DNA of 64,000 bases from Reclinomonas americana ATCC 50394. Taxonomy: Eukaryota. The stretch spans positions 1 to 64,000 of the forward strand of contig PS015081.1 of NCBI GenBank assembly GCA_048213135.1, given 5' to 3'. Both the position numbers and the translations under genes were made by a program. The notes under the pieces were generated by a model. That model saw nothing but the letters and a program-made list of their open reading frames with translations, had not been told where the DNA came from and did no database searches. Below, piece after piece: positions 50,001-62,458 of this stretch (positions within the stretch are counted from its first letter, which is position 1; each line of letters starts with the position of its first letter).

Positions 50001-52405
50001 AAATCCCATTGTCGGTGAGTCAGACGGCAGGCTGCTGAGCCCTTGTGTATGCATTGCTTTCTAACTTGCCATTCGATGCAGCCACTGCCGCGTGCCAAGT
50101 GTCTGCTGGCCGCCCTCCGGCAGCGCGACATTGATCCCAGCGAGTTGAAGAAGCTCAGCGAGGCACTGTATTCGCCCAGCTCCACCGCCATTGAGATCTC
50201 CATGGGTGGCCAGTCGTGGATGTGGAGTGTCACCCGCCTGCCGTGCGTTTTTTTATGTCTGCTTGTGAGACGCTCGCCAACAGAGCTCTTACCGATCCAT
50301 CATCTTGTTGTTTGCTCGCGTGAACCAGTCCGTGTCGTGACGAAGGCGTCACACAGTACGTGTGTGTGATGACAGACATTACGGATCGCAAGGAGTTCGA
50401 GCGGCAGCTGGAGGAGGCCAAGTATGCGGCCGAGAAGGCCAATGTGGCCAAGAGCGAGTTCCTGTCCAACATGAGTCACGGTACGTGCAGGCTTCGGTGG
50501 TCTGTAAACGCCGCATGCAAAGTTTGTTGATTTGTTTGCTCGTCGCAGAAATCCGCACACCACTCAACTCGGTGCTCGGCATGGCCAATGTGCTGATGGA
50601 GACTGATTTGACGCCGATGCAGCAGGACTGTGTGGATACCATCAACCTCGGCGGCAACATTTTGCTGGGTCTCATTCAGGACGGTGCGCTGTTTCTGCTG
50701 CATCCTCCTTCGCTCATGACGACTCACTTTTGTCATGNNNNNNNNNNNNNNNNNNNNNNNNNNNNNNNNNNNNNNNNNNNNNNNNNNNNNNNNNNNNNNN
50801 NNNNNNNNNNNNNNNNNNNNNNNNNNNNNNNNNNNNNNNNNNNNNNNNNNNNNNNNNNNNNNNNNNNNNNNNNNNNNNNNNNNNNNNNNNNNNNNNNNNN
50901 NNNNNNNNNNNNNNNNNNNNNNNNNNNNNNNNNNNNNNNNNNNNNNNNNNNNNNNNNNNNNNNNNNNNNNNNNNNNNNNNNNNNNNNNNNNNNNNNNNNN
51001 NNNNNNNNNNNNNNNNNNNNNNNNNNNNNNNNNNNNNNNNNNNNNNNNNNNNNNNNNNNNNNNNNNTGCGCCTTCGGCTGCCGTGCCGCCGGCCGCCGGC
51101 GAGGCTGCCGCTAGCGCTACGCCGCTGTCAAAACCGGTGGTGCTGACCGAATTCAGCGCGGATCGAGTGCGGCGGCGAAGAACCCGACGGGCGAACTCGG
51201 CACCGGACTCACTCGACGCACTTCTCGCGTCGCGACAACGATCGGCGATCAGTGCCGATAACTCCAGATCGCCACCGCCCAGCGTTGGTGATTTGCTGAC
51301 AGTGACTGCGCCGGTGGTGGCGGCGGCCATCTCCGGCAGCAGCACGACATCGTTGGCAACAGGCACCGATATCAGCTCTGGTATTCGCCACCGATCGCAA
51401 GAGTTGATGCCGCCCGTGGACCGTGCAGCTCATTTCGCCCCCACCGTTGATCCGCTGTCACCCTCCAGCCTGCTGGTGGAGGGCCATTTGTCGGCCTCGG
51501 CCATCTCCGACTTGTCTCCGTCTGCCACTGCCGCGGCGCCGTTGCACGTTGCCGACGTGAGACCACCGCCGACTCGCTCCGTAACCATTGTGGCACCTCC
51601 AAACCCGCCGCCGGCCACTGACACTGCCGGGTCCGACAGGGCGGCGGCGGCCGCAGGCAGCAAGAGTGCCGCAGGTGCACATAACACCCTTCCTCCTCTT
51701 TGTTGAAGCTGTGTCGTACTCACAACGCGCGTTGCAGGCGACGAGCATTTGGCCCCGTTGCACATTCTGGTGGTCGAAGACAACCCGATGAACACGGTGC
51801 GCTGGCTCACTACTTTTTCCGGGCTGCGTGCCTGCTCTATATCACTCACGTTGTGCATACCGTCGCAGAAAGTTGTCACTCGCATGCTGCAACAACTGGG
51901 CCACACGGCGGAGGTGTGTGTCAACGGCCTTCGAGCAGTCGAGATGCTGAACGAGAGGCCGGAGGTTTTTGACTGTGTGCTCATGGATCTGGTAAGTGCT
52001 GGTCGGCTTGCCAATGCTGCTGCTCTCCTGCACCTGACTCTTCTTCGCGTGACAGAACATGAGTGAGATGGACGGCATCACGGCCACGGTGGAAGTACGC
52101 AAGGTGACGCGCAGCGCGATCTCTCTTGTTGTCGTGTGATGCTGTAGTTGGTGCTCACTGCAGCGACGCAGAATCCACTCACACGAAAAGTATTCATCGC
52201 TGGGCTTACCGCCGATGCCCGAGTGGAGACACGCGAGCAGTGCAAAGAGGCCGGCATGAACGCATTTTTGATGAAGCCAATCCAGCGCAAGCGCCTCGTT
52301 GCATGCTTGGCGTGCTGCTGCAAGTACCGCACATTAGTGCGGTCAGGAGTGCTCGACGCCGCACATGCGGTCGTCTTGGCGGAAGAAAACGACAGTGCAG
52401 TCTGA
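46777..52405 (+). CDS. Multi-PAS hybrid sensor histidine kinase with C-terminal receiver domain
   Basis: PAC end VMTDITDRK, H-box AKSEFLSNMSH|EIRTPLNSVLGM, receiver ILVVEDNPMN...DCVLMDL|NMSEMDGITA...IAGLTADA...AGMNAFLMKPI. The ATPase domain is not visible (gap 50738-51066). Confidence 0.9.
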
Positions 52406-52465
52406 CAAGACTGACCACAAACAACTCAAGATAATGTAAATCGACCATGTAATCGCAATTGTCGA

Positions 52466-55400
52466 TCACACGGAGCGACCGCGCACCGCCACCTTGGCCA
52501 GCAGGTCGAGGCAGGTGTTCTTCAGCGCCGCCGCGTGCTCCTCACTGTTGGAAATGTGAAGCAGCGCGTCCAGCAACGTGCTCTCGTGTGCCGCCAGAAT
52601 GTCGCTGTTCGAGAGACACCCGAGAGTGAGAAAGCGAGACCACCGCTGGACAACTAACCGCAGACACAAACCGTTGACGCTTGTCCCAGGCCAGCGCATT
52701 CAACATCTCCACACATGCACCATACAAATCCCACCGAATCTGGTACAGCTCCTCCGTGATGTTGGCGGCCATGGCGTCGCCAGTGGGTGACATTGGTGAC
52801 ATGGCCGAGTCGGCGGCGGCGGCGGCAGCAGCAGCAGCAGTCGCAGCCGGGACATCAGTGTCGGTGCCACTGGCAGCGGCCTCGGCCGCCTCCAATCGTC
52901 GACTTTGGCGCAGCTCACGAATCCACGCCTCCTGCTTCCACGCCATCAGCTTCTTGTCGGCGTCGACCAGCGACAGTGACGGTGGCTTGGCAAGAATCTG
53001 CAGTGCCGCCTGCACACAGCCGGTAACCGCCGCTGCAGGCACATGTGTGGGGTAGCCGCGACGTGGCTGGCACGGGATCTCCCACTCAAAGTCACTCTCC
53101 TGCGGTCCTGGTGTTGACGAGCGCGAAAGTTGCGACTGCGACTGCGACTGGGATTGAGATTGAGACGCGTCAAAGTCGCCCTCCATGGCCATGTCCGCGT
53201 CATCTGCAGAGGCCGCAGGTACTGGCGTGGACGGAGGCGGCATTGCCGCGGCCGAGTCCTCGCTCATCTCTGACAGCTGTCCCGACGAGGCCACAGATGG
53301 CGGCATGCTGGACGCCGATGCAGATGCCGGTGCCGGTGGTGGGGGCGGTGGCGGTGGTGGTGGTGGCGGTGGCTTGCTCATGCGCATTCTGACAAACGCC
53401 TCGATGCACTTGGCGCACGAGACGGCGCACTCGACCAGGTTGATTTCGTGGTGCGGGTGATCCGGATCACGTGGATGTATTCCATCGCCCTGCCCCAGTG
53501 CGAGCATGAGTGTTAGAGACAGGGTGAAACGGAGGGGAAAGTGAAGGCGCTCACCGTGAGAATTTCGGCAAGAGTGTCCACCAGCAAGTCGAACACACGC
53601 GGCTGCACTGCCCATCCACTGTTTTCCACCACCTGGCGCAAGGCACGTTGATGCGCATCCCAATGCTTGTCAAGAAGCAGAGTGAGAGCCTGCGTGAGCG
53701 GAAAGCATCAATAATCAGCGAAGGAGAACGAGGAGTCAGTGCGACAGATTCCCTAGCACGCAACCCAAGTGGCGGCGGCCAGCACCAGCAGGCTCGAGTG
53801 GCGGCGAATGACATGGCACAGCTCCTGTGCCAGCAGGCCTGCAAAGTCGGTCGACAAGAGACTCGCTTGCCTCGACGATGGTCGGCGCTGACGGTCATGC
53901 TGCGGTTGCTCCACTTCCACCGATACGACATTGCAGACTAGGTGCAAGGCCTGTCGCACATGTCGCGCCTCCACCACGCGCATATGTCGGTTGCCGCGGC
54001 AGGACAGACGCAAGACAGCCACAATGAGTTGTTGCACACGCGGATTGGTCGCAAAAGCACGCGCGTTGGCCACTTGGAACGACAATCGCGACAGCGTCTC
54101 CAACGATACAGTCAGCGCTTCGCGTGACACCTCCAGCTCCTCGATCGGTAGCGGATACTCATACGACACCCCGTTGTACACCTGCAATACCACGGGTGAG
54201 CAGCACGCACGGTGAATACGCGAGATGGAGAGAGACAGGGTGCCGCGACGCAACATCGGCGTACAGGTCATCCTCAGCGGGGAGAAACGCTCGGCCGAAA
54301 GGATTCGAGTCGGCGCGTGCACGCTTCACACCCGGTGCCGCGATTGCCTCTTGGCGATCCTCGTCATCTTCGTCGTCGTACTCATCGTCTGCGCCACCAA
54401 AGAATGCATCCTCGAGTTTTCGCAGATGCTCCCGACCCTCGTCGGCAATCGCAGTGGGAATACGCGGTGACTCGGCCACTGCGAGGACAGATTTCCGATT
54501 GGCACATGATGCGCAGACGCGACATACCAAGCTCGCTCTCACGCTCCCCGTACCGGTAAAGACAAACGCGGGGTCGTTGAGCTCCAACAGGTAGTGCAGC
54601 GATTTGAGGCCCCAACGCACTTGCTCGGCCATGCCGCACTCGAGCGAGCAGCGCACACGTCGAACAAGCGCCTCCGAGATGGTCTCTGTGCCGCCTACGT
54701 GAGATGCAAGGCGACCATGCTGGGTACACACAACATCGCGACCGCAACTGTGGGTCGATTCGTGCTGCTGTTGTGCAGCGCGCACGGCGGCAATGGCGTT
54801 TTGCGGTCGGGGAACAGACGAGAGTCGGTAGTCTGCTCAGCAATTTCTCTTCAGGAACCACTGTCGGTCTCGCAGATCGCGGCCGGGAAACAACGCACCT
54901 TGCATCTGGGAGAGTCCGGCTGGCGTCAAGTTGAGCTTGCGTGCCGGTCGGAACCGATACGGGTGCTGGAAGTCCCACAGATTTTGCAAGTCGGCGATAC
55001 TCGGCTGCGACGGCGCACCGACCGGCTTCTCCACCGGCAACGACAAGCGGTAGGCGCGTCGAAGCTCAGGTGGGGCCGATGGTCCTGGGTCGGGCGGCGG
55101 CTGCGCGGGGCGCTCAGTCGGCGGGAGAGCGCCAGTGACGCCCTGTTGCGGAGCCGGCAGCGCCGCCTGCATGGCGTCGTAGCTGCGCGACACGCGATGA
55201 TGAGAGGACAAACAATTAACAGCCTCACGGTTCTATCTCACTTACTTGGTATAGTACGGCATCGGCACCTTGGCTGGATCGGCCGGGCTCAGCATGGTCT
55301 CCACCGTCGGTCCCGAGCGCTCCATCCCATCCGCACCCTCCTCACTGCGCCGACGCGCTCTCCGCGACGAATAATCGAATGCCGTATCCTGCGCCGCACG

Positions 55401-56154
55401 CACCGAGCTCAGCCGCAACGGGCGCGAGCTCCCACCACCAGCAGCCGGCGGTGGCGCCATTCCAATCGGCGGCGGCAAGCCAAATGAGCGGAACGAGTCA
55501 CGGAATGACATGCCACCTCCCGCACCACCGCCAAAGCCCACAGCCGACGGGCCTCCAGTCGCCGGCCCGCCAGTCAGCGGGTCGCCGGCCACCTGCTTTG
55601 GTCGCCGACCACCACGACCGCGACCAGTGCCTGTGTCGAGCGGCTGCTGCGTCGGCACCAGCTCACGATTCCACCGAAAGCGCTCCTCCAGTGGCAACAG
55701 GAAGCGCTCATACGTGCGGCGCAACACAAACGACGCCGAGGTGATGGTCTTTGGGAGGTGGAAGGCACGTGCCACCTCTTGCCACACTTTGCGATTGATC
55801 ACCTGTTGTGTGGAGGAGGAAGTGAGAGAGAGTGAGAGAGGGGAGCGCGCCAAAAAATGCATGTCAATCAATCACAATGCACCTCCTCCAGTCCACCTCG
55901 CGAGTTGACCTCGCGCCACAGCACATACAAGTCGACTTCGCGCCCGCCTAGTGTGGGCGCACGCGCAGGCTCCACATTGTAGGCCTCCAACAGTGCGCGA
56001 TACACCTGTGTGTGTGTGCGTGTGAGTGACAGGTGACAAGAGAGAGTGTGCGTGAGAGAGAATAACGCACAGTTTCAAAGAGAGTGCGATCGGCTTGCAA
56101 GTCCGACCATGTGGTCGAGGAGTACGGCGCAAGAGAGCCTTTCCACTCCAACAT
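52466..56154 (-). CDS. ARID domain protein with BAF250/ARM-like C-terminus (ARID1/SWI1-like SWI/SNF subunit)
   Basis: ARID PTLGGREVDLYVLWREVNSRGGLEE|VINRKVWQEVA...TSASFVLRRTYERFLLPLE. RVRCSLECGMAEQVRWGLKSLHYLL resembles the ARID1 SLKSGL...WAL motif. Confidence 0.82.
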
Positions 56155-56186
56155 CACGAAAGACAACTCTCAAGTGAAATTTCTTT

Positions 56187-57662
56187 TCATTCAATATGCT
56201 GCTCGGCGAGCTTGACCACGCGCACTCGCGGTCTCTTGGTCTTGGTCACCAGCAGCACAATAGAGGCCGTGGCCGTCAACGCAAACGACACCAACGTGAG
56301 GAAGAATCCGTAGCCGAATTGCGACGGACCGCCGACCAATTGCAGGTAGGTGTTGTTGCAGGGAATGCTGTGCGCAAAGACCGCCCAGTAGGTGACAAAG
56401 GTGCCGAGGAGGAAGAGGCCGCCGACTGCGCCGAGGATCTTGCAGACTCGCATCAGGGGCACGGATCTGATGAAGAGGGGGGGGAAGGGAAGGGGAAAGA
56501 CGGCAGTCAGTAGGCTGGTGGCAGAACAACACCAGCTGCATGTCTCGCACGTGGTGGCGTCCCTGATTAACTGCGAATTGTGCCTCCCTCTGCTACCCCA
56601 GAGACTGCTCAAGTACAACAACTTGTGTGTCAGTCCTTGCCTCTCCTTGTGGCCTTCATCGGCGAACTTCTCGAGTCGCAACTGCCTCCTGCCAGCTGTG
56701 TCGCTGCTTGTGTTTCCTCCTGCCTTCCATGCCACAGCTATCTCACTGCTTGCTGCTGAGTTGTGCTACCCTCCGAGTCACTGCTTGTCTTGCCACCAGC
56801 TGCTTCAATCCTTTTCTCTCCTTCTGCCCTCCGAATCGCACCTGTCTCACCGCTCTGCTTGTCTCTGAGTTGTACCCTGAGAGACTGCTCGGCAGCAACT
56901 TGGTCTCGTTCTTCGTCTCTCCTTCTGCCCTCCGAATCGTAGTTGTCTCACTGCTTGTCTGAGTCGCGCCTCTTCCGTCTGCTCTCAGAGACTGCTCTAC
57001 AGCAACTTGGTCTCGTTCTTCGTCTCTCCTTCTGCCCTCCGAATCGCAGTTCTTCTCACCGCCCTGCTTGTCTCTGAATTGTGCTTCCCTTCTGCCAGAG
57101 ACTGCCTGCCTTACCACCAGCTGTCTCGACCCTTGTCTCTCCGAGTCGCAGTTGTCTCTTGCCTGTTTTATCGCTGACTGTCTCTGAGTCGCGCCTCTCC
57201 CTTCTGCCCTCGACAGCACCTGTCTCCCTCCTCCCTTCTTCCTCTCTCCCCTTCCTCAACTTGGACTTTGGATGCGGGAATCCCGTCAAGTCTCGCGACA
57301 TGTGCGCCGCCGCAATGACACACGTGACACAGCCGGCGGCGGTGACCACAGTGGCCATGAGCGCCAGGGCCAAACACAGATTGTTGCTGTGATACCACAC
57401 TTTCCACGCAGTGCAGAGGCCCGTGCGTTCACGCATCTGCTCTATCCAGTTGAGACAGCCAATGGACTCACAGATGTTGATCAGAGAGACCTGCGTGTGT
57501 GTGTGCGCTCAGTCAACACACTGACTCACTCACATCTCTCTCTCCCATTCACTCAACTGTCTGTTCTCTTGAGACTGCCCAGGGCGAGGCGAGACCAAAC
57601 GACTCGAGAATGGTCGACATGCAGAAGAAGGCCGCACAGAGGATGAGCTGTGCGGCTGTCAT
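56187..57662 (-). CDS. Amastin/claudin-like four-TM protein, 3 exons
   Basis: Four hydrophobic segments, LASPW after TM1, Cys-containing first loop, and C...QFGYGFFLTLVSFAL before TM4. Confidence 0.65.
56470..57230. repeat. Degenerate intronic repeat array
   Basis: Recurrent gagactgctc...cagcaacttggtctcgttcttcgtctctccttctgccctccgaatcg blocks. Confidence 0.7.
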
Positions 57663-57761
57663 TGTTAATTACGACGTCGAGAGAGTGACTGAGGACATCA
57701 ACGAGGACAACTTCATTCTCCGATCATCTTCTCGACGTTCCGCTCAGCCAGTCAGCGTCTC

Positions 57762-60700
57762 TCACTGGTCGTCGTCTGAGTCCTGCAGCGTGAATATAGA
57801 GGAGCTCTTCTTGGAGGCGCTCGACGGGGCTGCGGAACGGGCAGGCGCAAACGGAGCGTCGACTATGCACAAGAATAGCAAGGGTCAGATTGATCGGCTG
57901 TCGTCCATTGGAGTGCGTGGAACTGTGTCACGCAACTGTCGATGGAGGAGTCTGAAAAGTCGGCGGCGAAGACGGGGCCTGAGGAGGGCGCCACGCTGAA
58001 GGGGTCTGGCATGCTGACTGGCACACGGGCGGCCACTGGAGCTCGCGGCTGCAACGTTCGTGAGTTGTGAGCCGGATGAACTCATCTGTGCACACGAGAG
58101 GGAGTGGAGTGACTCACCGGTGGCAGCTGGATCTCAATCGGCGAGCCCGGCTGCGTGTGGCTCATGCAGTGAGACAATGAGATGTGACACTTCACACACA
58201 CGAACAACTCACCTGCATTGTCGGTGCCGGCTGACTCACCATGGTGGGCACCATGACGGCCACCGGCGGCTGCGCCAACACATGCATGGCCGACAAGCCT
58301 GAACTCGCACTGCCATCGGTGGACACGCGTCCTTCACCGGCAGCGGCAACGGCGGCGGCCTGTGAGTCAAAAATAATACATGAGAAACACAAGGTTTCTC
58401 GCGCGATTCCTGTGGACTGCGACGCACGTGCACGCCGGATCCACTGGCGCCGTCGGCGTCCTGGAATGGCGACAGCCGGAGGGTGTGCGTCTGCGAACAA
58501 ACGTGCCAAATCAGCAACAACCTCTCCTTCCCCCGCCAGCACGTTCACACACCACTGTCGAGTGCCTGTCGGAAAGCTCCAGTCCGGCGGCTGCGGCGAG
58601 ACGCTGGTATTCTTGCATGAATGCTTCGCCGGCCTCCACCATGGCGCCGTGCGTGTGGAATCGCTTGAGCACATCGAGCACATTTGCGTGGATCTTTTCG
58701 GCGTACAGCATGCGGAAGGCTGCGCGAAGTCGAGGGTCAGTCACACACCACACCTGGAAGCAAGCATATAGCAAATCTGGCGGACTCAACTGTCTTCGGA
58801 GAGCACGGACCGGAGCACACGGAAGGCATGCACATGGTACCCGGGATAGTCGCGGTATCGGCGAACGCCCTTGGCCAGCACCTCGATGCAGTCTTTGGTC
58901 ATCATGCTGGCCAGCGTCGTCGCTGCATGAACATCACGACACGCGCACTTTGTGAGGCGGAGCGGCGACAGCAATGAACGCACATCTCACACTAACCGTC
59001 GAGATTGGCCAGCCGTGAGAGCAGCTTGGCGCCGACCACGTGCAGCTTGAGATAGTTCTGAATCCGTGTAAGCACCTCGACCACGGTTGACACAATGCGC
59101 TCGCCATCCAGCGGCACCATGACCACCTTGACTGCACACGGAAAAGGAAGCAAGCACATAATCAGAAAACCAGTCGAGTGGGAGTGAGTGCGACGAACGG
59201 GGTGGGAGACTCACTTTGACGCGGCACCAAGAAGTTGAGCAGGTCGAATGCATTGATGAGCAGTGACACGTTACTTGAGTGTCGTGTCATGCTCTCCTCG
59301 ATCAGCTCCACAACACCGTGTTGCAACAGCATGTCGGTGTTGCGATCTGCATGTACAGCGCACAGTGAGCAGCGAGCGATGGAGTTGGGGTGCCAGCGAC
59401 TACGACGCAACTCGTGGCGTTGGCCAGTGCAATCATGGCTCCAAAGGCGTTCACATGCAGCATCGACAACTCGGGGTAGCCACGCACGCCCTCGACGAGC
59501 GCCAGCAAAATGGCATTCTCAATGTCGGTGGGGAACCGACCTGAGCACAGATCCGTAAGAGATGGACGCAGTAAGGAAACCGCGGTGAAAGCGCACCTCC
59601 ATTCAACGCCGCAATGCCGAGCACCGCAAATGCTGAAGTGAGGATTTCGTAGTCGTCGGGGAACACGCGGAACGAGTTGGCGATTGCGTCGAGTCCATTA
59701 TCGCGTTGTGCCAAGCGGATCGCGATCGGTGCTACGCATCAAGGTAAGATTGCATCCGGCATGGGTACAAGCAGACACAAGCGACACGCACTGTTGCGTA
59801 CGGCCAGACTGGCGAGTGCGGCATTCGCGCTTCGCAGCAGGTCGGCATTGACCGATCGCACACCGTCCTCTTGCGTGTGGCGGAACATTTCGGCAGCTTG
59901 TGTGAAGCGGCGCATGCGGTCGACAATGAATCGCACACAGTTCTCCTTGACTCCCTGCTGCTCCGGTTCGCCTGCGCAACAAAATGAAACAAAGTGAGAA
60001 TCAACGCAGAGCGAGTGGCAGTGAGAACTGCGACGCACGCACCATCGCCGGTGAATGGCAGCTGCCGAATCACGTCGAAAGCAATGATGAGCAGATTGAC
60101 GGTGTCGGGGAACTTGGAGCACGTCTCCAGCATGCAGTACAGTGCACCGCGTCGCAGCAGCACTTGCGGTGCGCCCTCTGATACAAAAACGCGAACAGAG
60201 TGTGAGAATCATGTGTTAGGGAAGGGTGATTCACCTGCAGTGGCAGAGCGCAACTCCTGTCACACAGACGCTGTACTTGGGCCACGGCGGCCGTAGCCTC
60301 GTCCGCCAATCGACAGGCCGCCACTCGTCGCAACAAATCGTCGACTGGACTCTCGTCCGACCACAACACTGTGCGCACCACATGTGAATCAGACGGGAGA
60401 GAAAAGAGAAACGCGACGTTTATGACAACAACAACAACAACGAACAGTTGGAGGACATGACCGACTCCCAGTAGTGCGCCATCTATGAAGGTTCCCTCGT
60501 CAGCTACGACCGAGAAAGGAGAGGACGCACGAGCAGTGCCGACAGACCTCGCGTTCGTGATGCACATTGGCTTCCACGAACGAGGCCAACGCCGAGGTAA
60601 TGTCGGCCACGCGCATCTTCTCGAATCTGTCGAGCTCCGGCGCAATGCTGGTGCGCACCTGATCCACTCGCTCACGCGCCGTGTTCACTTGGTTCGCCAG

Positions 60701-62427
60701 CTAAGGTGCCCACACATAAGTCACCTGCGCTTATTATTGAGAAGAGATGGCAGTGACAGACCTTGTTAATGTCGGCATCCAGCCGGGTGACGGTCTTGCT
60801 GCCGGGTGCGGCCGCCGTCGCCAAGCCATCGCGCTTGACGTTCTTTTCTTGCAGCCGACGGCTGTCGAGGTCCACTTCGATCTGCATCTCCTCCGCGCGC
60901 TTCAGGTACAACTGTGCGCGCCCTTCAAAGTGAGTATCCCACGGTCGTGGATGCAAATGCAGCATGGCACATACCGCTGCCGCCTTGGCACTGCGCGACG
61001 CAAAGTCCATGTAGTCCAGCAGAGTCTCCTCCTCAAAGGCCTGCGACAAGGTGTGAGGACGCGGGTCGGACACTCCCACTCGACGACACGCAGCGGCGCA
61101 CCATGTTCATCTCGCGGTCACCCCACGTGGTGCACATGATTGCCAGGTCGCGCATGGCCAGAGCAATACGACCGTTGCCCTCGTTCGTGGACGGTGGTGC
61201 GAAACGAATGCCAGCCATTTCGCGGTTGGCCAGCTGTCGACACTCACCCAGTCAGCTTTCACGAATAAAACAGCATCAATAGAAGCAGAGAGCGCAACTC
61301 CTGAAAAGTGCTCGCCGATCTGAGTGACGGTCTGCCCGAGAGCTGTGCGTTGTCGACAGCAGTAAGGATCTCTCACCAAAAACCCACCTCAATCACAGTC
61401 GGCACTCACCCTTGCGAGTGTGCGTGTATTCGCGAGCCGCATCGACTGAACGTGAGTAGGCCGACTGCAGCTTGAGCAGGTTGTCACGGAACGCAGCCTG
61501 CAGTGGAGAGTGTGAGCGCGGCAGTCAACATTCCCACCACACTTTGCATCCCGCAACATTGGAGGCCGCCAACTCCTTCTCCTCCTTGGACTTGCGACGG
61601 AAAAAGTTGCGCAGCGAGCTCATGATGGAGTCCTTCAGCGACTTGCGGTACACCTTGACTTCCTCCACCGACAGGGCACAAATGTCCTCGTATTCCTGCG
61701 CACGTACGAGAGCGAATGAGCGATTGCATGTGTACGAGTCAAGGCGATCGACGCACCTTGTCCCAGGCGCTGAGGAACTTCAAAAAGTACTTGGAGCGAC
61801 ACAGTTCGGGAATGGCGGCGACCTTGGAGAGGAACAGCTGCAGCGCACGAGTGCGGTACGAGTCAAAGTCGCGCACACTCAGTTGTTCTGTCGATGGCGG
61901 GCACGGATGAGTGCTGAGCGGGTGAACGCACACACAAGAGCAGACACACACACACCAAAGATATCCGAGTCCGGCAGCGGCGGCACAATGATGTGCACGT
62001 GCAGCTCGACCAGCGTGTCGTACACTGAAAAGCAGTCAGACACAACACTCTTGACAAAACAAAGACGACAAGTCGCCTGCAACGCACGCCAACGAAAGTC
62101 GCTGAAGCGGCGGAACACAGTGAACTCCTTCAGAATGCCAAACGCATCCGAGTTGGTCTGCGCACATGTGTGAGCGACTGACAACTCCTTCCTACGCAGA
62201 CAGCGACTGACCTTGGTCTTCACATTGTAGTACCACGTGTTGGAGAACGAGTTGAACTCGTGCTCAATGTTGAACTCAAAGTACACCTCCTCGGGCTGGG
62301 GTGTGCGAGGGATGAGTGAGAGAGAGAGTGATGCGAATCCATTGTGTGACTGACCGGGTCCTCATCGCTGATTGCTGAGCCTCCATGCACTCCGGATCCT
62401 GTTGCGGCACTCTACGCACACATGCAA

Positions 62428-62458
<31 letters not shown>

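Noticed and set aside
57762-60458. Separate ARM-repeat gene starting at ATG 60458
   Set aside because: A branch-like CTGAC and acceptor at 60483 give HHERE|MAHYWESVMSSN, the typical BAR ending, in frame with the ARM exons, so fusion is more parsimonious.
1536-61557. GTTGCG introns as copies of an introner transposon
   Set aside because: Beyond the first 6-7 nt the introns share no evident sequence similarity, terminal inverted repeats or fixed length.
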